DNA of 46,602 nucleotides from Minisyncoccota bacterium (GCA_020057185.1 JAGVGK010000027.1:1-46602); one strand, 5' to 3'; shown: positions 29,280-38,392, counted from the first letter of the stretch. Numbers and translations: made by a program. The notes: generated from the letters alone by a model not told the origin.

Positions 29280-29720
29280 CTATTTCCAGTATTGTTGGAA
29301 AAATTCTTGAGGCGTGACGATAATAGTGGGCAGAGAAAACTTTTTTAATTTCGGCGTCAGGAAATCTTTTCGATCTAAGGTGATTAAGAAATCTGCTTTA
29401 TTATCCAACGCCCCGGCTAAGATTGGAGCATCTTCTAAATTGATCAAGTTACTAATCTTTTTTACCCGACTAGGTTTGGGATTAGAAACGATGTTGATTT
29501 TACTCCATTCGAACAGCAAATCTAGTTTGTTGAGATTGGTAAAATATTTGCGACTGATTACTTCTCTCACTTCCATTTGAACATACTGATTGATATAAGT
29601 TGTCAAATTACCGGCTCTAGATTCACGACAGAGACGAAAAGAACCGCCCGTCGAAGAAAGTGTTGCGGCGACGAGGATACTTGAATCTAGGAAAACCCTT
29701 ACTCGCGATAACGGTGTCAT
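29280..29720 (-). CDS. PIN-domain putative toxin (VapC-like)
   Basis: VFLDSSIL, E, DAPILA.A, LITLD acidic residues. Confidence 0.85.
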   Translation of the reverse strand: MTPLSRVRVFLDSSILVAATLSSTGGSFRLCRESRAGNLTTYINQYVQMEVREVISRKYFTNLNKLDLLFEWSKINIVSNPKPSRVKKISNLINLEDAPILAGALDNKADFLITLDRKDFLTPKLKKFSLPTIIVTPQEFFQQYWK

Positions 29721-29909
29721 TTAACCAAGTGATGGATATGATTTGCGAAATAATTCCTTACGAATCTTCTTCGCTAGCGGTTTAACTTTTTTCCAAATTA
29801 AAATGTCTTGATCGGGAGCGACTTCTTCCCACCCCAGCCGATAACGACGTAAAACGGTCGCAATTTCACGTCGCGCTTGAGTAATTGGTTTTTCAATAGT
29901 GTTAAGCAT
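29721..29909 (-). CDS. Putative antitoxin (62 aa)
   Basis: Small ORF abutting the PIN gene upstream; TTGGCG-17-TAGGAT promoter. Confidence 0.6.
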   Translation of the reverse strand: MLNTIEKPITQARREIATVLRRYRLGWEEVAPDQDILIWKKVKPLAKKIRKELFRKSYPSLG

Positions 29910-29979
29910 GTTCCTAATCCTACCCTACTTTTCCCCTTCCGCCAACTTGACAACCAAATTTAGTGATGCTAACCTAGAC

Positions 29980-30098
29980 ATGGGTAGTTTGAGTAGGTCA
30001 TTGGCAAGTCAGAGTTAAACCTTGATGGTGTTTGTTATCATCATCGAACCGCGCCATCGAATAAACTCTCACGAGTTGCCGGTGGCGTTTTTTATTTT
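29980..30098 (+). ncRNA. Candidate small RNA (~115 nt)
   Basis: TTGACA(29947)-17-TAACCT, internal hairpin, terminator 30052-30093; only a 12-codon ORF. Confidence 0.4.
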
Positions 30099-30178
30099 TC
30101 ACCTAGTATCTCATAAAATCCACGACCGTATTTTTTATGGTATAGACAAATGTTTCTATTCGATTAGAATATAGATCT

Positions 30179-31273
30179 ATGGTAGATAATATCGGTCCAA
30201 AATATATCATCAAAGTTTATAATCACGAGTTTGGCGTGCACGGCGTCTTGGTGATTGACAATACTAAACTCGGTCCGGGCAAGGGTGGAATTCGCATGAC
30301 GCCAACGGTTGGTGAAGAAGAAGTGGGTCGGCTCGCGCGCGCCATGACTTATAAGAACGCACTCGCCGGCATCCCCTTCGGTGGGGCGAAGGCGGGTATC
30401 GCTTTTGATCCCAAAACGATTAACCCTAAATCGGCTGACGCCGATCGGGTAAAAAAGAAAATCGTCGAATGGTTCGCTCGTGAACTTAGACCTTTGCTAT
30501 TTAAATATTACATTGCCGGTCCAGATATCAATATGACCGAGAAAGAGATGGCGATTTTTGTGCGCGCCGTGAGTAACAAGCGCACCGCGACCGGCAAGCC
30601 CAAACACTTAGGTGGTCTACCGCATGAGCTTGGCTCGACTGGTTATGGTGTCGCGGAAGCAGTTAAAATTGCTTTGGCACATAAAGGAATTCCCTTGGCT
30701 GGCGCTCGCGTGGCGATTGAGGGTTTCGGCAATGTTGGCGTCTTCGCCGCGCGTTTCCTCACCGAAGCGGGAATGAAAATTGTGGGGATCTCGGATTCGA
30801 AAGGAGTAATTTATAATCAGAACGGTTTACCATGGAAAGAAGTGCTTAAAGTTAAAAAAGTGAAGGGTTCGGTGATCAACTTTTTAAATAGCGAGAAATT
30901 AAGTAATGACCGAATTTTTACTCTGCCGGTGGATGTGCTGATTCCCGCCGCTTTGCCCGATGTCATCAACGCCAGCAACGCCGATCAGATCAAAGCGTCC
31001 GTGATTGTGGAAGGCGCGAATATCGCGGTCACCCCCGAAGCGGAAGCGAAACTCTTGGCTCGTGGTGTGCTAATTGTTCCCGACATTATTGCCAATGCCG
31101 GTGGGGTCATCTCCTCTTACGCCGAACATCGCGGTTATTCCGCCGAAAAAATGTTTAAACTAGTCAAACAGAAAATTACGAAAAGTGTGACTACTGTTCT
31201 GGCCGAATCTCAAAAAACTGGCGAATCCCCCCGCGTTGTAGCCATAAAAATAGCAAAGCAAAAATTGTTTTGA
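30179..31273 (+). CDS. gdhA: Glu/Leu/Phe/Val dehydrogenase
   Basis: GPGKGGIR, MTYK, GGAK, GFGNVG, EGAN, PDIIANAGGV. Confidence 0.9.
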   Translation: MVDNIGPKYIIKVYNHEFGVHGVLVIDNTKLGPGKGGIRMTPTVGEEEVGRLARAMTYKNALAGIPFGGAKAGIAFDPKTINPKSADADRVKKKIVEWFARELRPLLFKYYIAGPDINMTEKEMAIFVRAVSNKRTATGKPKHLGGLPHELGSTGYGVAEAVKIALAHKGIPLAGARVAIEGFGNVGVFAARFLTEAGMKIVGISDSKGVIYNQNGLPWKEVLKVKKVKGSVINFLNSEKLSNDRIFTLPVDVLIPAALPDVINASNADQIKASVIVEGANIAVTPEAEAKLLARGVLIVPDIIANAGGVISSYAEHRGYSAEKMFKLVKQKITKSVTTVLAESQKTGESPRVVAIKIAKQKLF

Positions 31274-31340
31274 AATTTGCTTTTCAAAAAGAAAACAAGT
31301 AGTGTTATTGTAGTCACATGATCTTTGAAAGGAGATGTGA

Positions 31341-31841
31341 ATGAACCAGCAGCAAAAAGAAATAGAGAGAAAACTAAATAGTACGAGTTACCCTCTCTGG
31401 GGATTTGCTTTACCCACTATTGGTCGGGTAACAGGAAGATGTACAGGGGATATTTATTGTTTTGGAGACAATTATGGATTCGAAAATGGTAACGGCGTAG
31501 AATATGAGGAAGAAGATTATGCAGTCTTTCTTGAAAAAGTACGAACTCTGGAGGATTTGCGTCAGGGTTTACAAGAGTTAAGCCCTTTCGCTAACGATGC
31601 TTTGGCGATAGCTGAAACAATGGACGAGGAAGAATTTATCGAATTTAAGATCGCCCTGGCCTACGAGAGAGGAATAATGATGGCCGGTGTCGGTGAAAGT
31701 AAACTTACAAACAGATACTTGAGTTTAGTTCTGCCAACTTGTCTTTTGAAAGCTGCCCCACTTGCGCGAGAGGCCAATGTTTCTATCGGTGTAGCCATGT
31801 TGCGACTGGTTGAAGAAGGTATCGACATATTTCCCCCCTGA
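31341..31841 (+). CDS. Orphan acidic protein
   Basis: AAAGGAG SD, 166-aa ORF, terminator CCGCTATC/GATAGCGG plus T-tract at 31845-31871. Confidence 0.7.
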   Translation: MNQQQKEIERKLNSTSYPLWGFALPTIGRVTGRCTGDIYCFGDNYGFENGNGVEYEEEDYAVFLEKVRTLEDLRQGLQELSPFANDALAIAETMDEEEFIEFKIALAYERGIMMAGVGESKLTNRYLSLVLPTCLLKAAPLAREANVSIGVAMLRLVEEGIDIFPP

Positions 31842-31869
31842 ACGCCGCTATCTTTCGATAGCGGTTTTT

Positions 31870-31995
31870 TTATAAACTCGGCTTGCGGAAGTTTTGCTTA
31901 AAAGCGTTCTTTTTGCCGGGCGCACCCTTGAACCACGACGGCGTGCGGTATGCCGGCTTACCTTGCTTCCCGCCCGTTTTGTCATAATTTTTCAT
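31870..31995 (-). CDS. Small basic protein (41 aa), absent from the ORF track
   Basis: MKNYDKTGGKQGKPAYRTPSWFKGAPGKKNAFKQNFRKPSL; overlaps the rmuC end and stops at the terminator. Confidence 0.45.
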   Translation of the reverse strand: MKNYDKTGGKQGKPAYRTPSWFKGAPGKKNAFKQNFRKPSL

Positions 31996-33070
31996 ATGGT
32001 TTTTCAATAGTTAACGGTTCAATTTCTGAACCAGTGTTGGTAATTCTAATCACATCCTTATCAATTTTTCCAAATTCTTTCCGCGACGAATTGAAGTGAT
32101 TAACGGTCGTAGCAAGCGCGTTGCCGAGTTTGTCGTGGTAATCTTCATAACTTCGGAGATGCTTCTGCAAATTCTCAATATTTTTGCGAATCTCTTTGGC
32201 CGATTCCTCGATTTGCAGAGCTTTCAATCCTTGCAACACGGTTTGCAAATAAGCCAGGAAAGAAGTGGGCGAGACAATAATAACATGCTTTTCTTTGAAA
32301 GCATACTCAATCAAGTCGCGAGTATTGAGCTTGACTGTGCCCACTTGTGCCACGAGCAGATCGTAATAAATTGCTTCGTGCGGAATAAACATAAAGGCAA
32401 AGTCCATTGTTTTCTCGGCGGGCTTTACATATTTCGCCGTCTCATCAATTCGGCCCTTGAGATCTTGCTTGAAAAGTTTTTCCAATCGTTCTTTCTCGGC
32501 TGGATCGCGCTCACCCACGAGCCGATTATAGTTCTCGAGCGAAAATTTGGAATCAATCGGGATAATCTTATCTTTTACAAACACGACCGCGTCCACAATC
32601 GTGCCGTCGGTAAAAGCGTATTGCATCTGATAACTGCCCGGCGGTAAAACATTCTTGAGTAAAGTTTCGAGATAATACTCACCCAAAATCCCGCGTTGTT
32701 TCGGATTTTTGAGAATGTCTTGAAGCGACTGGAGTTGATCGGTGAAAGAAATGACCTGTTTATTGGTTTCGTCGAGCTTGGTCAAGCGCTCTGTCACATC
32801 GCGGACAATTTTGTTCGTCTCCCCAAATTGCTTCTCGAGTGATTGGTGTACCGTCTTATTTGATTCCACCAATCGCGCGTCGAGGACGCGTGAGAGCTCG
32901 GCATTGGTTCGCGCCAGTTCGTTCAACTGGTTCTGAATTAGAAGTAAACTCTGATCATTTGCTCCGTTACTCCCCTCCTCTTTTCGCCGGCCCATCACGC
33001 GAGCAACCACAATCCCGACCCCGATCCCGACCACGGCAATAATTACGAAAGTAATAGTAGTATTAGACAT
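31982..33070 (-). CDS. rmuC: DNA recombination protein RmuC
   Basis: TM, coiled coil, K.RG..GE..L, IDSKF, DFAFMFIP.E, SPTS. Confidence 0.93.
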   Translation of the reverse strand: MSNTTITFVIIAVVGIGVGIVVARVMGRRKEEGSNGANDQSLLLIQNQLNELARTNAELSRVLDARLVESNKTVHQSLEKQFGETNKIVRDVTERLTKLDETNKQVISFTDQLQSLQDILKNPKQRGILGEYYLETLLKNVLPPGSYQMQYAFTDGTIVDAVVFVKDKIIPIDSKFSLENYNRLVGERDPAEKERLEKLFKQDLKGRIDETAKYVKPAEKTMDFAFMFIPHEAIYYDLLVAQVGTVKLNTRDLIEYAFKEKHVIIVSPTSFLAYLQTVLQGLKALQIEESAKEIRKNIENLQKHLRSYEDYHDKLGNALATTVNHFNSSRKEFGKIDKDVIRITNTGSEIEPLTIEKPYEKL

Positions 33071-33143
33071 GATTTGATTTTAGCACAATTGCCATAATTT
33101 GCTAAAAGCTATAAGCTGAAAGCGACCTGCTCGGCCCTATCGT

Positions 33144-33208
33144 TCCCGATCCCGATTCTACAAGGAATCGCGGATCGCGGATCCTCGATTTCGTAAACGA
33201 AATCGGGA
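33144..33208 (+). repeat. Double-hairpin direct repeat, copy 1 (left of GIY-YIG)
   Basis: 33144-33181 is identical to 33483-33520; second hairpin TCCTCGATTTCGT/ACGAAATCGGGA. Confidence 0.9.
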
Positions 33209-33217
33209 CTAACTATT

Positions 33218-33460
33218 ATGTATCATGTATATATCCTCAAACTGAAAGATAATTCCTATTACACTGGCAGTACTAGTGATTTGGAAAAACGTTTGTTAAA
33301 TCATAAAAATGGTCGAGTGAAATCAACAAAAAATAAACGACCTTGTCAATTGATTCATGAAGAGAGTTACAGTAATCGAAGCAAAGCTCAAACCAGAGAG
33401 TACCGAATCAAAGGTTGGAAAAGTCGCCTAGCGATTGAACGTCTTATCAAAAAAGAGTAG
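33218..33460 (+). CDS. Stand-alone GIY-YIG nuclease (UPF0213-like)
   Basis: HVYIL..YYTGST.DL.KRL..H, RE..IK.WKSR. Confidence 0.92.
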   Translation: MYHVYILKLKDNSYYTGSTSDLEKRLLNHKNGRVKSTKNKRPCQLIHEESYSNRSKAQTREYRIKGWKSRLAIERLIKKE

Positions 33461-33482
33461 TATCAAGATATGATCGATGTGG

Positions 33483-33560
33483 TCCCGATCCCGATTCTAC
33501 AAGGAATCGCGGATCGCGGACCCTCGATTTTATAATAAACTTCGTTTAATAAAATCGGGG
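33483..33560 (+). repeat. Double-hairpin direct repeat, copy 2 (overlaps the tRNA 5' end)
   Basis: 38-nt identity to copy 1; second hairpin CCCTCGATTTTAT/ATAAAATCGGGG. Confidence 0.9.
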
Positions 33561-33630
33561 CCTCATCGTCTAGCGGCTAGGACACAAGCTTCTCAAGCTT
33601 GGAACCGGAGTTCGATTCTCCGTGAGGTCA
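33559..33630 (+). tRNA. tRNA-Glu (anticodon CTC)
   Basis: Acceptor GGCCTCA/TGAGGTC, anticodon arm CAAGC-ttCTCaa-GCTTG, T-arm CGGAG-TTCGATT-CTCCG; CCA not encoded. Confidence 0.95.
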
Positions 33631-33875
33631 CAAATCGTAGCGAAACTAGGACGACAACTGCTTGTCGTCCGGGCGATTTTTGAAGGCACAGGCATAATTT
33701 TTCAGAAGAAAAATCGCCGAACCGGGGTCGGCAAGTACTTACATTTTTTGCGAATTTGTGAAGCAAAAAATTTAGTAACTTGTGATCAAAATAGATGAAG
33801 CACGCGAAGCATTCAACCCGTCTCGCAAAATCCACCTAGAAATGCTAGAGTTTTAGTGTTATTTGAAATAAATTT

Positions 33876-35075
33876 ATGGCAAACAAAAATCTTACAAACG
33901 CGAAACGGGTAAAGAACGACGAATTTTATACCCAGTTCGACGATATTCAGAAAGAGATTGGAGCTTATCTGGAATACAACCCTGATGTTTTCCGTGGCAA
34001 GGTGGTGTATTGCAACTGTGACGATCCGTTTGAAAGCAACTTCTTTCGCTATTTTGTGCTCAATTTCAATAAGCTTGGATTGAAACAGCTTATCACCACC
34101 AGCTACAAACCCTCGCCCGTAGCCAACACGCAACTGGCTTTGTTTGGTGATGACAAAACTCTCACAAAATCTAAAAGCCTGCCTGCCGGTAGGCAGGGTC
34201 GTCCGAAGGTAAATGCCAACAAATTTATTATAAACGAAGTGCACGACATAGACGGCGACGGCGAGTTCAACTTGAAAGATGTTGCCAAGCAGTTAAAGAC
34301 AAACAAACACAACGAATGGACGCCGCTAGAGAGCGACGGCGATTTCCGTAGTGATGAGTGTGTAAAACTACTTAAACAATCCGACATCGTGATAACAAAT
34401 CCGCCGTTTAGCTTGTTTCGTGAGTATCTAAAACAACTCATGGATTATAAAAAGAAATTTCTGATTATCGGCAACATGAATGCTATTGCTTACAAAGAAA
34501 TATTTCCATTACTTAAAGAGAATAAAGTTTGGTTAGGTAATAATTGTAAAGTCAATGCAGGCGCAATGTTTTTTGAGATACCCGAAAAAATTGCCAATTT
34601 GGAACAAGTCCGTGAAATAAAAACAAATGAAAGTGGTAAGAAAATATATATCACCAGAGTGCAAGGAGTTCGCTGGTTCACCAACCTCGACCATGGGCGC
34701 CGTCATCAACCGATACCACTTATGTCCAAAGCAGAGGTTATAAAGTTTGTAACAAAAAAACCATTTGATCAATATTACAATTATGATGCGATAGAAGTTT
34801 CATTGGTAAAAAATATTCCAAGCGATTGTAAGGGTGTAATGGGTGTGCCGATTAGTTTTCTTGATAAATATAGTCCTGAACAATTTGAGATTATTGGTTT
34901 AGGAATAGCAAATTTGGGTCTATCAGTAGGAGTTAAGCCGTATAAGCCAGAGCATAAAAAATTTCGGAAAGAAATACAAAAAAGAGGAACGGTTAATGGT
35001 GATTTATATATGATAAAAAACGGAATTGTTGAAGTCCCGTATGCGAGAGTTTTAATTAGACATAAGAAAAAATAA
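33876..35075 (+). CDS. Adenine-specific DNA methyltransferase, EcoRI family
   Basis: KNDEFYT, VYCNCDDP..SNF, GDFRS.EC, TNPPFSLFR, MGVPISFLDKY. Confidence 0.92.
   Translation: MANKNLTNAKRVKNDEFYTQFDDIQKEIGAYLEYNPDVFRGKVVYCNCDDPFESNFFRYFVLNFNKLGLKQLITTSYKPSPVANTQLALFGDDKTLTKSKSLPAGRQGRPKVNANKFIINEVHDIDGDGEFNLKDVAKQLKTNKHNEWTPLESDGDFRSDECVKLLKQSDIVITNPPFSLFREYLKQLMDYKKKFLIIGNMNAIAYKEIFPLLKENKVWLGNNCKVNAGAMFFEIPEKIANLEQVREIKTNESGKKIYITRVQGVRWFTNLDHGRRHQPIPLMSKAEVIKFVTKKPFDQYYNYDAIEVSLVKNIPSDCKGVMGVPISFLDKYSPEQFEIIGLGIANLGLSVGVKPYKPEHKKFRKEIQKRGTVNGDLYMIKNGIVEVPYARVLIRHKKK
34178..34197. repeat. Short palindrome in frame in the MTase
   Basis: CCTGCCTGCCGGTAGGCAGG, read as (S)LPAGRQ. Confidence 0.75.
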
Positions 35076-35076
35076 T

Positions 35077-36096
35077 ATGACAATTAAAAATAATTCCGGC
35101 GAGATGATTATCTATGAAGGCGCGGATGGGGCGCCTAGTATTGAGGTGCGTGTTGAGGGTGAGACGGTATGGCTTTCGCAAGCGAAGTTGGCGGAGCTTT
35201 TTGGTGTTACTCCGCAAAACATAACGATTCATCTAAAAAACATCTTTACGGAAAGAGAGTTGGATGAAGTCCGAACTTGTAAGGAATCTTTACAAGTTCA
35301 AAAAGAAGGAAATCGCAATGTTAACCGCACGGTTAAAATTTACAATCTCGATGTCGTGATATCGCTTGGGTATCGTATAAGCTCGGATATTGCCACTCGC
35401 TTTCGTCAGTGGGCTACTGCGCGACTTCGTGAATATATTGTTAAGGGTTTTGTGATGGACGATAAGCGACTCAAGGAAACTGGCGGGGGCAATTATTGGA
35501 AAGAACTTTTGTCTCGCATCCGTGATATTCGATCTAGTGAAAAGATGTTGTATCGGCAAGTTTTAGATCTCTATGCCACAAGCGCGGATTATGATCCAAA
35601 ATCTCTACACTCAATTAAGTTTTTCAAAATTGTGCAAAACAAATTGCACTATGCTGTCCATAAAGAAACAGCGGCGGAAGTTATTTACAATCGCTCTGAT
35701 AGTAATAAAGAATTTATGGGTTTGACGGTTTTTGAGGGAGATTTACCTGTGTTGGAAGAAGTGAGAATTGCTAAAAATTATTTGTCCGCGCGAGAGTTGG
35801 AAAAATTAAACAGACTGGTCTCGGCATATTTTGAATTGGCGGAATTGCGCGCTATGGATAAGAAAATGATGCATATGACAGAACATATTGCGTCATTAGA
35901 TAAATTACTTTCTGGTTATGGCGAAGGAGTTTTGATTGATGCGGGGAAAGTAACACATAAAAAAGCTATGGAAAAAGCTGAAGCGGAGTATAAAAAATTT
36001 CAAGCCAAAACACTTTCTCCCGTTGAAAAAGCATATTTGGAAAACATTAAATTGTTGGAGAAAAAGGTGGAGAAAAAATTAAAAAATAAAAATTAA
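35077..36096 (+). CDS. RhuM (virulence RhuM family) protein, copy 1
   Basis: TVWLSQ..LAELF, HLKNIF, YNLD..ISLGYR, FRQWAT, IRDIRSSE, AKNYL. Confidence 0.9.
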   Translation: MTIKNNSGEMIIYEGADGAPSIEVRVEGETVWLSQAKLAELFGVTPQNITIHLKNIFTERELDEVRTCKESLQVQKEGNRNVNRTVKIYNLDVVISLGYRISSDIATRFRQWATARLREYIVKGFVMDDKRLKETGGGNYWKELLSRIRDIRSSEKMLYRQVLDLYATSADYDPKSLHSIKFFKIVQNKLHYAVHKETAAEVIYNRSDSNKEFMGLTVFEGDLPVLEEVRIAKNYLSARELEKLNRLVSAYFELAELRAMDKKMMHMTEHIASLDKLLSGYGEGVLIDAGKVTHKKAMEKAEAEYKKFQAKTLSPVEKAYLENIKLLEKKVEKKLKNKN

Positions 36097-36111
36097 TAAA
36101 AATTTTAATAT

Positions 36112-36160
36112 TATGAAAACAACTTTAAAAACCAACATCACTGTGAAAGATATTTGCGAG
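36112..36160 (+). repeat. 49-bp exact duplicate of the DUF262 gene 5' end (37225-37273)
   Basis: TATGAAAACAACTTTAAAAACCAACATCACTGTGAAAGATATTTGCGAG occurs at both sites. Confidence 0.95.
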
Positions 36161-36171
36161 AGATAAAAAAT

Positions 36172-37224
36172 ATGAAGAAAAAAGATAAAAATAGTATGAA
36201 AAAGAAATTGCCTGACAATCAAATTGCGTTTTATCAAACACCGGATGGCTCGGTGAATATTGAGGTTTTGTTTGCCGAAGAAAATATTTGGCTTACGCAA
36301 AAAAAAATGGCGGAGCTTTTTGGCTGTTCTGCTGATAACATTTCACTTCATTTAAAAAATATTTATAAAGATGGCGAAATTGACCAAAAATCAACTAACG
36401 AGGAATTCTCGGTAGTTCAAAACGAAGGCGGACGGAATATTGAAAGAAAAATTATGATGTATTCTTTGGAGGCCATTATCGCTGTCGGCTATCGCGTGAG
36501 TTCCGAGCGAGGCGCGCAGTTCCGCCAGTGGGCGACTAAAATTTTGAAAAACTATATTCATAAGGGCTATGCCTTGGATGTTAATCGTATGAAATACGGA
36601 TCCCGTTTTAGCGCCAGATATTTTGATGAGCTTTATGAAGAAATAAAAGATATTCGCACGAGCGAGCGGAGAATTTATCAAAAAATTACCGATATCTACG
36701 CGACGGCGATTGATTATTCGCCTAAAGCGGATGAGAGTAAAGAATTTTTTGCCACCGTGCAAAACAAACTGCATTTTGCCATCACTGGAAAAACGGCGGC
36801 GGAAATTATCACAGAGCGGGTTAGTGGTAAAAAAGAAAAAATGGGATTGACTTCATGGCGGCGATCTCCGCAAGGCAAAATTATGTCAAGCGACACGGTG
36901 ATCGCTAAAAATTATTTAGACAAAAAAGAACTGGAACATTTGAATCGCATAGGCAATATGTATTTGGATTATGCCGAAATGCAAGCGGCGCGTGGCAAAG
37001 CGATGACAATGCAGGACTGGATTGTAAAGCTCAACGCGTTTTTGAAATTCAGCGAATATGAAATTTTAACCAACGCCGGAAAAGTGAGCCATGAGGTCGC
37101 CGAGGCGCTGGCGCTTAAAGAATACGAAAAATATCGCGTCATTCAGGATAAAAATTATATTTCTGATTTTGATCGGGAAGTCAAGCAATTAAAAAACAGG
37201 GTAATAAAAAATGTAAAAAAATAA
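36172..37224 (+). CDS. RhuM family protein, copy 2
   Basis: [42 protein letters not shown]; start 36172 or 36196. Confidence 0.9.
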   Translation: MKKKDKNSMKKKLPDNQIAFYQTPDGSVNIEVLFAEENIWLTQKKMAELFGCSADNISLHLKNIYKDGEIDQKSTNEEFSVVQNEGGRNIERKIMMYSLEAIIAVGYRVSSERGAQFRQWATKILKNYIHKGYALDVNRMKYGSRFSARYFDELYEEIKDIRTSERRIYQKITDIYATAIDYSPKADESKEFFATVQNKLHFAITGKTAAEIITERVSGKKEKMGLTSWRRSPQGKIMSSDTVIAKNYLDKKELEHLNRIGNMYLDYAEMQAARGKAMTMQDWIVKLNAFLKFSEYEILTNAGKVSHEVAEALALKEYEKYRVIQDKNYISDFDREVKQLKNRVIKNVKK

Positions 37225-37225
37225 T

Positions 37226-38392
37226 ATGAAAACAACTTTAAAAACCAACATCACTGTGAAAGATATTTGCGAGGGGTTCGTCTATAACGAACTTGAAGGA
37301 AAGGGTTTGTTTGGTTTGTCTGGCAAGCTGACTATCCAACCAGAGTATCAACGCAATTATATTTATGCGTCTGACGGCGGTAAAAGAGAGATTGCCGTTA
37401 TTGAATCACTACTCAAAGATTACCCAATAGGATTGATCTATTTTAATAAAGTTTCTGAAAACAAATTAGAAGTTTTAGACGGGCAACAGCGTATCACCAG
37501 TGTTGGACGTTTTGTGACTGACAAATTTGCCATCAAAGATGAAAATGGGATGCAATATTTTGGCACTATGGCAGAAGACAAGAGAGTCAAGATATTGGAA
37601 ACAAAACTGCTAATTTATGAATGTGAAGGGACAGAAAGCCAAATAAAAGAGTGGTTCAAGACAATTAACATAGCTGGAGTTCCGCTCGTTCCCCAAGAAT
37701 TGTTAAATGCGATCTATTCTGGACCATTCGTTACGCTAGGTAAAGAAGAGTTCAGCAACAGTCAAAATGCCAATATCCAAAAATGGAGCGCGTACATAAA
37801 AGGCAGTGCAAACCGACAGGCATTTTTTGAGAGAGCTTTAGACTGGGTGAGTAAAGGGAATATTGATGATTACATGAGTATTCATCGTAACGACAAAAAT
37901 ATCAATGAGTTAAAAAAATATTTCAACGGTGTGATTGACTGGGTTTCTAGTATATTTACTGAAGTTGAAAGCGAGATGAGCGGACTTGAGTGGGGACGAC
38001 TGTATGAAAAGTATAATACGAAGGCGTATAATTCAGCGAAGATATCAGCCGAAGCACAAAAGCTTTACGCTGATCCTTATATAAAAAATCGCAAAGGTAT
38101 TTTTGAATATATTCTCGGTGGTGCCACTGACACAAAATTGCTTGAAGTCCGAATTTTTGATGAAGCAACCAAGAAAGCGGTTTACACAACACAAACCGCT
38201 ACGGCTGAAAAGAAAGAGAAATCAAACTGCCCGCATTGCGCCATTGGTCATGACGCTAACAAGAGTAAAATTTGGAGTTTTAATGAAATGGATGCCGACC
38301 ACGTAGCCGCTTGGAGTAAGGGCGGTGCAACTTCGGCAAAAAATTGCCAGATGTTGTGCAAGACACATAATCGAGCAAAAGGTAATCGGTAA
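37226..38392 (+). CDS. DUF262 plus C-terminal HNH endonuclease (probable cognate REase)
   Basis: QPEYQR, DGQQR, F..IN..G, CPHC, DADH..W..GG.T..NCQMLC..HN..K. Confidence 0.9.
   Translation: MKTTLKTNITVKDICEGFVYNELEGKGLFGLSGKLTIQPEYQRNYIYASDGGKREIAVIESLLKDYPIGLIYFNKVSENKLEVLDGQQRITSVGRFVTDKFAIKDENGMQYFGTMAEDKRVKILETKLLIYECEGTESQIKEWFKTINIAGVPLVPQELLNAIYSGPFVTLGKEEFSNSQNANIQKWSAYIKGSANRQAFFERALDWVSKGNIDDYMSIHRNDKNINELKKYFNGVIDWVSSIFTEVESEMSGLEWGRLYEKYNTKAYNSAKISAEAQKLYADPYIKNRKGIFEYILGGATDTKLLEVRIFDEATKKAVYTTQTATAEKKEKSNCPHCAIGHDANKSKIWSFNEMDADHVAAWSKGGATSAKNCQMLCKTHNRAKGNR

Noticed and set aside
33011..33035. CCCGA repeats near the rmuC start resembling the hairpin family
   Set aside because: Explained by VGIGVGI codons of the TM helix; no inverted partner
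33144..33560. Direct repeats as a CRISPR array
   Set aside because: Only two copies, separated by a whole gene; no cas genes in the window
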